Shown here piece after piece: positions 31,082 through 39,691 of a stretch of 64,000 bases of DNA. The number at the start of each line of letters is the position of its first letter. Position 1 is the stretch's first letter. Location of the stretch: the IMG/VR virus record IMGVR_UViG_3300030060_004796, positions 32,001-96,000 of that record. One strand, written 5' to 3'. Source of the stretch: a virus. Made by a program: the position numbers and the translations under genes. The notes beneath the pieces were generated by a model. That model made no database searches and had not been told where the DNA came from. It saw only the letters and a list, made by a program, of their open reading frames with translations.

Positions 31082-31125
31082 AATAGTTTATATTGCAATA
31101 ATGATTATTGTTTTTGTTTTAGGCA

Positions 31126-32985
31126 CTATCTAACTTCACAGGCACCACCGGCACAAGCCAGTTCACCTGATAAATTAGTATTGTCATCATCTTCAGTAAC
31201 ATTGAATAAGTCAATATTCATTAAGGACTTTTCAAGTTCTATGAATTTCTTTTTTGTAATATCCTCAAATGGAGCTTGAGTATAAGTACCACCATCATAA
31301 GGTAAAACAGATAAACCATTATAATGATCCCTATTCTTCCACATCCACTCACCTGCCATATCCCAATCTTCCTCTTTAAGACTTACAGTAGCAGAGACAT
31401 TGTGAGTATTACTTCCAGATCTATGACCTGGTTTAACCCATTCAGTGGCTACCTTTTTAATTCTTTCAAGAAGTGCAAAAGGAGACTCTGTTCTAAGTAT
31501 AGATCCTTCTGGAGCTGACTGAGGTATACTAATTACAGCAGTATCATGTCCACGGAATACACAGTCTTCTATTAATTCAGGATGGTTTTCTACTAAATAA
31601 CTATAAATAGATTCATTCTTACCAACACGTATTCTTCTTACATAATAATCATTATGCCAAGCATGAATACCAGAGCTTGTTCCTAATGTTAATGAGGTTG
31701 TACCAGCAGGTTTAACTGTAGTGCATCTAGCTGCTTTTTTCACTCCTATTAACTTTGCTACTCTTGCGTTCTCTTTTTTTACTATACTTGCAGCTTCCTT
31801 CATATCCATTTGGAGCACAGCGGCACTCCCTATTCCTGTCATTGACACACCTATAAGAGCGTCTTTTTCTGTTGTTTCTTTCCATATCTCTCTTAAATAA
31901 TGAAAGTTAGTATATCCAGCTTGTAGTGTTCCAATGAAAGCAGCACCTTTAACTCTTTCATTTAAATCATCTTGTGATTCAATTGTTGACACATTTACTT
32001 CACAAAGATTACAGAATTGATAAGGACGTAAAGCTATCTCACAACAAGGATTAGTTCCCCAATCTTTATCATTGTTAAAGTATATACCAGGTTCTCCTGC
32101 TCCAGATAGTTTAACACGTTCCCATAGATCCATAAAAAATTCCTTTGTTATTTTATGTCTCATTAATACAGCAGAGTTATTAGCTCTACCACGTTGTGGG
32201 TTTAGTTCCCACCAGTTTCCAGATTTTGATGAAATCATTTCACTATCATCTGCACTAAATAAACTAATTAAAGCTGCACGTCTAATACCACCAGCTAATA
32301 CAGCATCAGCTATATAACAAACTATATCATGAACCTCTAAAGTAGAAAGATTATCTCCATCTACTTTAGAACTTAACAAACCTTCAATTTTTAAAAGACA
32401 TTCTTTAAGTGGTTGAGGACCAGGGGCTTTACCACCAGATGTTACAAGTCTAGCTCCTTTAGGTCTGATGTCTGAAAAATCAAATATAACTCTAGAAGAT
32501 CTTCCATTAAGATAAGATTTCATTAATACTTTTATTGAGTCAGCCCAACCTTCTATACTATCACCAATTAAATATCTTTTAGTTCTTTTTGGATAAGGTT
32601 TATTAATAGGAGGAAGTTTAGCAACATGATGTTTTTGAACTGAATAACCTACTCCGGTACCACCCAATAACAAAAACATACATTCATTAAAAGAATCTAA
32701 ACTATCTATAGGAAGATAAGCACAATTATATATTCTATTAGGAGAAATTTCAATTGGCTTACCACCAAACTGCATAGATCTCATAGACGGAAGAATTTTC
32801 TTATCATATACTAACTCATATACTTTTTCTATTTCATCTTTTAGTTTGGGGTAATGCTTAATATGCATTTCTTTATTTCTTGTTACAAGCTCTTTCCAAG
32901 TCTCTCTTCTTTTTAATTCTGGATTGTATTTTGCGTATTTCATATGGACAGTAATGTCACTTAGAATTTTGTTATTCAAATTCAT
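31126..32985 (-). CDS. nrdJ: Class II (adenosylcobalamin-dependent, monomeric RTPR-type) ribonucleotide reductase
   Basis: PSMRSMQFGG, YNCAY, GGIRRAALI, GEPG, GTNPCCEI, FCNLCE, TTVKPAGTTS, C-terminal ACAGGACE; no small subunit gene. Confidence 0.9.
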   Translation of the reverse strand: MNLNNKILSDITVHMKYAKYNPELKRRETWKELVTRNKEMHIKHYPKLKDEIEKVYELVYDKKILPSMRSMQFGGKPIEISPNRIYNCAYLPIDSLDSFNECMFLLLGGTGVGYSVQKHHVAKLPPINKPYPKRTKRYLIGDSIEGWADSIKVLMKSYLNGRSSRVIFDFSDIRPKGARLVTSGGKAPGPQPLKECLLKIEGLLSSKVDGDNLSTLEVHDIVCYIADAVLAGGIRRAALISLFSADDSEMISSKSGNWWELNPQRGRANNSAVLMRHKITKEFFMDLWERVKLSGAGEPGIYFNNDKDWGTNPCCEIALRPYQFCNLCEVNVSTIESQDDLNERVKGAAFIGTLQAGYTNFHYLREIWKETTEKDALIGVSMTGIGSAAVLQMDMKEAASIVKKENARVAKLIGVKKAARCTTVKPAGTTSLTLGTSSGIHAWHNDYYVRRIRVGKNESIYSYLVENHPELIEDCVFRGHDTAVISIPQSAPEGSILRTESPFALLERIKKVATEWVKPGHRSGSNTHNVSATVSLKEEDWDMAGEWMWKNRDHYNGLSVLPYDGGTYTQAPFEDITKKKFIELEKSLMNIDLFNVTEDDDNTNLSGELACAGGACEVR

Positions 32986-33043
32986 AATTTAAGTTTTTAA
33001 TAAGTTAATATAATAGTGAAACCTTCTTCCGTTTAGAGGGTAG

Positions 33044-33058
33044 TAATAATATACAGAA
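33044..33058 (-). promoter_or_regulatory. Putative phage-specific promoter motif TTCTGTATATTATTA upstream of nrdJ
   Basis: Shares TGTATATTAT with the motifs at 33262 and 39670. Confidence 0.5.
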
Positions 33059-33066
33059 TTATTCCA

Positions 33067-33237
33067 TTATAATGAAATCAAACTGTATGAAAATGTTACA
33101 AAAATTAGACCTATTGAGATATTAAATGTTGGATGCCATTCATCACTCTCTTCTAATTTTGTTTCATGTTGTGATATAGACAAACCTAATAGGCTTGTAG
33201 CTCCTAAAAATTCAAAATTAAATTGATGTCTTTTCAT
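33067..33237 (-). CDS. 56-aa hypothetical protein (not in the ORF track)
   Basis: Hand-translated MKRHQFNFEFLGATSLLGLSISQHETKLEESDEWHPTFNISIGLIFVTFSYSLISL; upstream TACTTTTG element. Confidence 0.5.
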   Translation of the reverse strand: MKRHQFNFEFLGATSLLGLSISQHETKLEESDEWHPTFNISIGLIFVTFSYSLISL

Positions 33238-33261
33238 TGGATATATTTTAGTTTTATTATA

Positions 33262-33284
33262 TTTTTTTGTATATTATAAGTGTA
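33262..33284 (+). promoter_or_regulatory. Putative phage-specific (late?) promoter TTTTTTTGTATATTATAAGTGTA
   Basis: Near-identical copy at 39670; both head + strand gene clusters. Confidence 0.6.
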
Positions 33285-33292
33285 CATAACGG

Positions 33293-33300
33293 CAAAAGTA
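33293..33300 (-). promoter_or_regulatory. Bacteroidota -7 element TACTTTTG(CC) for the small - strand ORF
   Basis: TAnnTTTG match. Confidence 0.45.
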
Positions 33301-33323
33301 CAAATTTTATATATATATACATT

Positions 33324-33623
33324 ATGGATTGGGATATTATTGGCACCATTGTTATAACAGCACTTACCGTTTTGGGTAGCAGTGAGGCATTTAAGTATTA
33401 CAAGTCTAAATTGACATTTAAAAGTAAAACTATGGATCTAAGAGAAGAACATAAAAAGGACTTACAAAAAAGAGTTAATAGACTAGAAGTTTTACTTACA
33501 GAATCAGCATCAGAGAAAGATGATCTAAGAATGTGTGTTTTGAAATTAACTGAAGAGGTTGCTACACTCCGTGAAAGAGTTAAGTTCCTTGAAGCAGAAA
33601 ATGAAAGACTAAAACTAAAATAA
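33324..33623 (+). CDS. 99-aa protein with N-terminal TM helix and coiled coil (holin/antiholin-like); start moved to MDWD
   Basis: IIGTIVITALTVLGS TM segment followed by heptad-rich tail. Confidence 0.55.
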   Translation: MDWDIIGTIVITALTVLGSSEAFKYYKSKLTFKSKTMDLREEHKKDLQKRVNRLEVLLTESASEKDDLRMCVLKLTEEVATLRERVKFLEAENERLKLK

Positions 33624-33629
33624 ATAATT

Positions 33630-34256
33630 ATGGCAAAGAAAAAAAGTAAAGGCTCAAAAAAAGCAGCCAATCATGGTAAGAACCTAGCAGGTGCAATGAA
33701 AAGTGTAAGCACTTCAACTACACCTATATCTTCATTATATCCTAAAAAAGTTACTGTAGGTAGTTCAAAGACATCACCAAGACATATGCAAAAAGGTACC
33801 AGATCTCAAAGTACATCTGCAATGCCTCAAAAATTTTTATTATCAATAACTAATCCAGGAGAACAGCCTGAAGCTCCAACACCAGTTACTAATCCAGGAA
33901 CATTGGCTAGCCCTACTAATCCTGATGTCTATGCATCATATGGTAAAAAAGGTTGGAACAAATTAGCAAAAACATATGCATTAGATCAAAAAACCTTAAA
34001 TGTTGCTATATCTAATTATAATACTTATTTAACAAATCTATCTACATATCAAGATGATTTATCAGCATATAATACAAGACTTGCAAATTATAATAGAGAT
34101 ACAATTGTAAATAATAAAAGAACTACTCAATATAGCCGTGATGTAACAAAATTTATAAGGTCATTAGGTAGTAAATCTAAAGTATCTGTAAAAAAATCAA
34201 AGTTAGCTGGAGGTTCTAGAAGTAGCAGAACTGGTAAACCAGGTGGATCAAGATAA
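33630..34256 (+). CDS. 208-aa basic protein with Lys/Ser/Arg-rich termini and a central coiled coil
   Basis: MAKKKSKGSKK..., ...KKSKLAGGSRSSRTGKPGGSR; Y..L..Y heptads. Confidence 0.65.
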   Translation: MAKKKSKGSKKAANHGKNLAGAMKSVSTSTTPISSLYPKKVTVGSSKTSPRHMQKGTRSQSTSAMPQKFLLSITNPGEQPEAPTPVTNPGTLASPTNPDVYASYGKKGWNKLAKTYALDQKTLNVAISNYNTYLTNLSTYQDDLSAYNTRLANYNRDTIVNNKRTTQYSRDVTKFIRSLGSKSKVSVKKSKLAGGSRSSRTGKPGGSR

Positions 34257-34267
34257 AATTTAATACT

Positions 34268-34783
34268 ATGAACTATAAAAGAAAATATAATAAAGGTGGT
34301 GGCACTAATTCTGTTGAAGGTGACAATTCTGTTTCTGTAGATAGTCAAAATCAAGATGTATTTCAGCGTAATAGAGATGCTCAAAATCAAATGATGCAGC
34401 AGACTATAAATTCTCAAAATCAAGCCTTGCATGTAACTAATGCAATGGGTGAGATAGAGGCAAAGAGAAATATAGTTCAGCAACAACAGTTTCAGCAGCA
34501 AATGATGATAATGCAAGCTAGACTACAAATGATGCAACAACAAAATGAGCTTCTTAAAACTAAAATTGAAAAAGATGATCTCATTAATTCAGCAAGAACT
34601 GTACCCACTCATAACCAAATGTCTATCCAGTCTCCTAAGAAAAGGGGAGGATCTACTAAGTATGGTAAAGGTGGTGCAAAGAAAAAAAGTAGAATTGTAA
34701 TTTCACAAAATATGGGAGGTGTGATGAAACATGGTGGACAATGTGGATTGCCAGGAGGAAGATACTCTAAAAAGAAAAGATAG
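34268..34783 (+). CDS. 171-aa Gln-rich coiled-coil protein with basic KxGG-rich termini
   Basis: KYNKGGG, KKRGG, YGKGGAKKK, MKHGG motifs; poly-Q/M centre. Confidence 0.65.
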   Translation: MNYKRKYNKGGGTNSVEGDNSVSVDSQNQDVFQRNRDAQNQMMQQTINSQNQALHVTNAMGEIEAKRNIVQQQQFQQQMMIMQARLQMMQQQNELLKTKIEKDDLINSARTVPTHNQMSIQSPKKRGGSTKYGKGGAKKKSRIVISQNMGGVMKHGGQCGLPGGRYSKKKR

Positions 34784-34785
34784 AT

Positions 34786-35070
34786 ATGGCTAAGGAGTTG
34801 AATGAAGAAACTGGTTTTGTATTAAGTATTAAAACTCTTATTGGAATTGCATTTGCAATTGCAACTGTTGTTGGAATGTGGTTTGCACTTCAAGCAGATA
34901 TACAAGAAGCTAAAGAATTGCCAGCTCCATTACCTCCAGATGTGACAAGAATGGAGTTTGATATGAAAGATAAGAATATAAGACTAACAATACAAAATAC
35001 AGCAGATGATGTTGAAGAACTTAAAGAAGATCTTGACAGAATTGAAGAAAAAATAGATAAATTAAAATAA
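34786..35070 (+). CDS. 94-aa TM + coiled-coil protein
   Basis: LIGIAFAIATVVGMWFAL TM segment; C-terminal heptads. Confidence 0.6.
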   Translation: MAKELNEETGFVLSIKTLIGIAFAIATVVGMWFALQADIQEAKELPAPLPPDVTRMEFDMKDKNIRLTIQNTADDVEELKEDLDRIEEKIDKLK

Positions 35071-35094
35071 ATAATAACTTTAAATTTAAGTAAA

Positions 35095-35511
35095 ATGGCA
35101 ACAGTAAATAACACAATTACACTAACATCTAATGATCTTACATCTGATGCAATATCATTAAGTGTTTTAAAATCTCTTACAGCAACTAAGGGTGGTATAT
35201 CCAGAGTTCCTTTAGCTACAACAGCTATTGCAGGTGCTACAAAACTAGCAACAGCAGCTCAGTTCACTGAAGGATCAAGAGTATGGTTATACAATCCAGC
35301 TACACGTGATGGCGCATCAAAAAATGACAGAATCTATGTTTCATTAACAGAAGCAGTAGATCCTACTACAGCAGCATTTACAACTATTATGTTAAAAGGT
35401 GGTGAATGGGCAGTATTTCCATGGTCTGGATCTACAAGAACTACAGATTTAGACCTTGAAGCATATGGATCATCAGGTGCAATGGTAGTAGAGTTTGGAA
35501 TTTTTCAATAG
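35095..35511 (+). CDS. 138-aa beta-rich protein, paralog 1 of a 4-member family (probably structural)
   Basis: VWLYNP...LKGGEWAVFPW...VVEFGIF. Confidence 0.65.
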   Translation: MATVNNTITLTSNDLTSDAISLSVLKSLTATKGGISRVPLATTAIAGATKLATAAQFTEGSRVWLYNPATRDGASKNDRIYVSLTEAVDPTTAAFTTIMLKGGEWAVFPWSGSTRTTDLDLEAYGSSGAMVVEFGIFQ

Positions 35512-35538
35512 TAAATAACAATTAATAAATAAATAATT

Positions 35539-35931
35539 ATGGCAACGTTAAATTTAACATCAAATATCAACGCAGCTGGTTTAACAACAGATACAATATC
35601 ATCTACAGTATTATTAACTAATGCTAGTATTACTACAGGTGGTATATCTAGAGTTAGTACTACAGCAGTAGTAGGTAGTAAGGCAGTCTTATTAGATGCA
35701 TCAACATTTCCTGATCCTACAGATACTACAAGTGTATATGTATATATTAAGAATGCTGGTCCAAATGTATTAAGACTATCTGTTATAAACAATACAGCAT
35801 CTAATGCTGAAGATGAAATGTCTTTAGCATCAGGAGACTGGGCAATGTTCCCTTGGGCAGCAGCAACAGATATAACAATGTATCAAGCATCTGCTGGTAC
35901 TACTGTTGTTGAGTATGGAGTTTTTGCATAA
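35539..35931 (+). CDS. 130-aa beta-rich protein, paralog 2
   Basis: YVYIKNA...LASGDWAMFPW...VVEYGVF. Confidence 0.65.
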   Translation: MATLNLTSNINAAGLTTDTISSTVLLTNASITTGGISRVSTTAVVGSKAVLLDASTFPDPTDTTSVYVYIKNAGPNVLRLSVINNTASNAEDEMSLASGDWAMFPWAAATDITMYQASAGTTVVEYGVFA

Positions 35932-35935
35932 AGAA

Positions 35936-36292
35936 ATGAAAGATCCAGTTTGGAAAATATTCTTAAGCTATCTTATTTTTTTATGTTTTATGACTTTAAG
36001 CTCAACAGCTTTTGGGCAAATTACTGTAGTTCAGTATAATGCTGGATGGAATGATGCAAATAAAGTTACTTGGTTAAACAAACTAAGTGATGTAGATAAA
36101 GTAAAATACGTAGATATAGCTACTGATATTAAGGCTCAAAAAAAGCATGAAATAGTAGTTGTACCTACTATTATTATATTCAAAGATGGTGAAGAAGTAA
36201 AAAGATACCAAGCTGATATTTCATTTAGTATGAAAGCCACTAAAGAAGAAATACAAGAAGATATAGACGAACTATTAATGGAAGATTTTTAA
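35936..36292 (+). CDS. 118-aa secreted thioredoxin-fold protein lacking CxxC (start moved to MKDPV)
   Basis: Signal peptide ending AFG|Q; YNAGWN in place of FxAxWCxxC; VDI..., IVVVPTIIIFKDGEEVKR thioredoxin C-terminal motif with cis-Pro. Confidence 0.75.
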   Translation: MKDPVWKIFLSYLIFLCFMTLSSTAFGQITVVQYNAGWNDANKVTWLNKLSDVDKVKYVDIATDIKAQKKHEIVVVPTIIIFKDGEEVKRYQADISFSMKATKEEIQEDIDELLMEDF

Positions 36293-36293
36293 C

Positions 36294-38588
36294 ATGAAAA
36301 AATTATTATTAATTTTACTATTACTACCTACCTTACTTTTAGCACAAAATTCTTATATAGTTATTGAAGCTCAATATGATTCATGGGGACCTCAAGAATC
36401 AGAGTTTTATATTACTGATGCTCAAAGTGATACAATATATCATCATCAACCTACAGTTCAAAGTGAATATTTATTAGATACATTATGGGTAAATGCTCAA
36501 CCTCTTACTGTTATTTTATTAGATCAATTTGGAGATGGTTGGCAAGATACAGGTCAACAAGGTTACTTTAGAACATGGAATAACTGTCAAGACACTATAG
36601 TAGAGTTTATATGTTCACCAACAAATTACTTTGCTACAGAAATTATAAACTTTAATTTAGGACCATGTTTACCTAATGGACCACCTCCAGCACCATGTTT
36701 TCCTGCTGCCGTTATTATTAATTTAGATCAGTATCAATCAGAAACATCTTGGGAGATAACTGATTCTTTAGGTTTAGTAGTAGCATCAGGAAGTGGTTAT
36801 GGATCACAACCAGATTATGCAACTATAACTGTACCAGTATGTTTACCAGAAGGAGATCTTAATTTTACAATTTTTGATTCATATGGTGATGGTCTACAAG
36901 GGTCACAATGGCAAGGCCAAGATGGTTCTTATTTTGTTAAACAATGTAATGATACATTAGTATATGGAACAGATCCTGCTTTTGGTAACGATACTACTCA
37001 TGTATTTACCATAGGTGAATGTCCTCCTATATATGGATGTACAGATGATGATTATGTAGAATGGAATCCTTTTGCAGATACTGATGATGGTAGCTGTCAA
37101 ACATTAAAAATATTTGGATGTATTGACTCAACAGCATTTAACTATGACTCTACTGCAAATACAATGGATCTTATTCCACAATGTGAATTTACGTTAGTGT
37201 TGCATGATTTGATGGGTAACGGTTGGGTAGGATCACATCTATCTTTAGATTTACCTGACACTTCTTTCTCCTTTACACACACTGGAGGTTTTAATGATGA
37301 ATATCAATTTACTATAGACGCTCCAGATCCTGCTGTGTTTAGATTTCATATATCCTCACAAGCAGCACTAACAACTATAGAGTGTGGTTTTACATTAATG
37401 AATCCAGAAGGTGATACATTAATTAGTGTTCAACCACCATTTATACAACCTTTATTTCCTTATGCTTTTGTTACTAATTGTGGTAATACATGTATAGAAA
37501 AAGTATTTGGCTGTATAGATAGCCTTGCTTTAAACTATGATGATGAAGCTAATACAGATGACAGTTCTTGTTATTATGTAGCTGGATGTATGAATCCTTT
37601 GTATTTAGAGTATGATGCTGCTGCAGACTTTGATAATGGAAGTTGTAGTACTTTAATAGTTTTAGGGTGTATGGATTCTACTGCATTAAACTATGATCCA
37701 TTAGCAAATGTAGAAATACCTGGATCTTGTATAGCAGTTGTAGAAGGTTGTACTCAACTTTTAGCATTTAATTATAATCCTAATGCCAATGTAGATGACG
37801 GAAGTTGTGTACCTTTTATATATGGTTGTACTGACCAAACAATGTGGAACTATGATTCATTAGCAAACACTGATGATGGTTCTTGTATACCTTTTGTATA
37901 TGGTTGTATGGACAGTACTATGTTTAACTTTAATCCTTTAGCAAATGAACCAGATAGTTGTATTCCTTTTATTTATGGCTGTACTGATCCTAGTATGTTT
38001 AACTATGATGCCTCAGCTAACACAGAAGATTTTAGTTGTATTCCTTACATTTATGGTTGTACTGATAGTACTGCCCTTAATTATGATCCGTTGGCTAATA
38101 CTGAAAACGGTTCTTGCATTGAAGTGGTTACAGGGTGTATGGACCCAGATGCGTACAACTATAATTCATTAGCAAATGTAAGTGACTCAGCTTGTGTTTA
38201 TGATGCTGGTTGTATAACAGGACCTGGTAATCCTTATTGGTTAAATGACGGATGTTATGCTTGGGTTATTGATGTAGATGTATACTGTTGTGAAAATGAT
38301 TGGGATGCTTCATGTCAAACAATGTATGATTATTGTCAACTTGGTTGGCCTACTTCAATAGATGAAACAGCATCAAGTTCAATAGTTGTTTATCCTAATC
38401 CAACAAGTGGAATTTTAAATATAGATACAAGATTAGATATATCTGTAGAAGTATATGATATTAACGGTAAACTAATGATTGAAAAAAATTCTAAAAGAAT
38501 TGACTTTTCTGATTGGCCGGTAGGCATATATAATTTAATTATAAGAAAAGATGAACTAGTAATTACTAAAAGAATAATAAAACAATGA
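36294..38588 (+). CDS. 764-aa T9SS cargo protein: signal peptide, D-x-x-GDG beta-domains, 11 Cys/Asp repeats, type A C-terminal sorting domain
   Basis: MKKLLLILLLLPTLLLA|Q; C-terminal VYPNPTSG...VEVYDINGK...GIYNLII...KRIIK matches the Por secretion tail pattern. Confidence 0.88.
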   Translation: MKKLLLILLLLPTLLLAQNSYIVIEAQYDSWGPQESEFYITDAQSDTIYHHQPTVQSEYLLDTLWVNAQPLTVILLDQFGDGWQDTGQQGYFRTWNNCQDTIVEFICSPTNYFATEIINFNLGPCLPNGPPPAPCFPAAVIINLDQYQSETSWEITDSLGLVVASGSGYGSQPDYATITVPVCLPEGDLNFTIFDSYGDGLQGSQWQGQDGSYFVKQCNDTLVYGTDPAFGNDTTHVFTIGECPPIYGCTDDDYVEWNPFADTDDGSCQTLKIFGCIDSTAFNYDSTANTMDLIPQCEFTLVLHDLMGNGWVGSHLSLDLPDTSFSFTHTGGFNDEYQFTIDAPDPAVFRFHISSQAALTTIECGFTLMNPEGDTLISVQPPFIQPLFPYAFVTNCGNTCIEKVFGCIDSLALNYDDEANTDDSSCYYVAGCMNPLYLEYDAAADFDNGSCSTLIVLGCMDSTALNYDPLANVEIPGSCIAVVEGCTQLLAFNYNPNANVDDGSCVPFIYGCTDQTMWNYDSLANTDDGSCIPFVYGCMDSTMFNFNPLANEPDSCIPFIYGCTDPSMFNYDASANTEDFSCIPYIYGCTDSTALNYDPLANTENGSCIEVVTGCMDPDAYNYNSLANVSDSACVYDAGCITGPGNPYWLNDGCYAWVIDVDVYCCENDWDASCQTMYDYCQLGWPTSIDETASSSIVVYPNPTSGILNIDTRLDISVEVYDINGKLMIEKNSKRIDFSDWPVGIYNLIIRKDELVITKRIIKQ
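37029..38201 (+). repeat. About 26-aa coding repeats GC[TM]Dx(2-3)AxNY[DN]PxANxDDGSC (2 dispersed + 9 tandem from 37503)
   Basis: Counted from the translation. Confidence 0.9.
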
Positions 38589-39664
38589 AAAATAAATTAG
38601 GATATTTATTTGTATTAGTATTTTGGTTAGTAGCTACAACTGCTTTTGGTCAAGATGAAAATAAGTTTAAAAAGAATTTAAAGAAGACTTTTAAGTTTGC
38701 AACATTCTATGGAGGAGTTAATGGTGGTAATTCTATATCTGATGTAGATGTATATTCAGTTACAAATGGATTAGAGACAAGTATAATTGAAACCCCATTT
38801 GATTACTCAATTACTTTTGGTATAAGAAAGATAGCTAGATTTGGATACGAGAATAGAGCTAATACATTCTATGATGGTACAGAGAAGTCATATAGTGATG
38901 CAGCAACTTTAGGTAAAGTAAAAGGATTTGAATTTCTTTTTGAATTAGATTACGCTAGACAACAAGGCACAGACTTTTTTAATCAACAACACTTTTTACG
39001 ATATGTAGCTAATAGATGGATAGCTAAGATGGAGTACGTTCAAGATGGATTTGCGGATATTAAATACTACGAGTCATCACAAAGATACAGACTTAAACTT
39101 GGCAATAAATTTTCATTTAATTTAGGTGCAGTACAAAGACTATCTGAACCATATGGATACGATCCACTAGAAGACTGGATACTTGAAACAGGAGACATAC
39201 ACTACACAAACCTTGCTCTAGAAGAAGGGTACAATGTAGAATTTGATGGCTCAGGTGTAGTAACTTATCTAGATCCCAATGGTGCCGTTGTAGCAGAAAA
39301 CACACAGGTATGGGAAGCTGTAGTTATACCTGGCGTATTAGCAGACTATACAGAGAAAAAAAGAAATGAACTACCAACGCAATGGAACCATTCTTTAGTT
39401 ATTGGTTTTGATTACTATCACTTTACAAAAGACTTTTGGGTCCACAGTTGGGCAAACATTATGCCTTATCACTATAATAATGGTGGTGAGTTTTCATATC
39501 ATAAGTTTAACAATGATGACCAATGGAATGATTACTCAGGAGGTTTAATTTTTGGATATAGATTTAATAAACACTTAGGTTGTTTCATTGAGGGTAGGTA
39601 CGCAAAGTACTGGAACCGTGAATGGCATGACTTTAAAATAGGTGTTAATTATGTTATATTTTAG
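38585..39664 (+). CDS. 359-aa putative outer-membrane beta-barrel protein
   Basis: Signal peptide ending AFG|Q; alternating aromatic/polar strands; C-terminal FKIGVNYVIF with terminal Phe; ATGA overlap with the T9SS gene. Confidence 0.75.
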   Translation: MKNKLGYLFVLVFWLVATTAFGQDENKFKKNLKKTFKFATFYGGVNGGNSISDVDVYSVTNGLETSIIETPFDYSITFGIRKIARFGYENRANTFYDGTEKSYSDAATLGKVKGFEFLFELDYARQQGTDFFNQQHFLRYVANRWIAKMEYVQDGFADIKYYESSQRYRLKLGNKFSFNLGAVQRLSEPYGYDPLEDWILETGDIHYTNLALEEGYNVEFDGSGVVTYLDPNGAVVAENTQVWEAVVIPGVLADYTEKKRNELPTQWNHSLVIGFDYYHFTKDFWVHSWANIMPYHYNNGGEFSYHKFNNDDQWNDYSGGLIFGYRFNKHLGCFIEGRYAKYWNREWHDFKIGVNYVIF

Positions 39665-39669
39665 GAGAA

Positions 39670-39691
39670 TTTTTTGTATATTATAAATGTA
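39670..39691 (+). promoter_or_regulatory. Putative phage-specific promoter TTTTTTGTATATTATAAATGTA
   Basis: Near-identical to 33262-33284. Confidence 0.6.

Noticed and set aside
32986-33323. tRNA or other known structured RNA in the largest intergenic gap
   Set aside because: No cloverleaf or T-loop consensus; the space is explained by a small ORF and promoter motifs
37503-38201. CRISPR array or DGR-type repeat
   Set aside because: Repeats are degenerate, in frame and protein-level, with no constant DNA repeat/spacer structure and no reverse transcriptase
35936-39664. T9SS block as host contamination or chimeric assembly
   Set aside because: Same AT-rich style, 4-nt and 5-nt gaps to phage genes, flanked on both sides by the same paralogue family and followed by the phage promoter motif; read-level confirmation is still advisable
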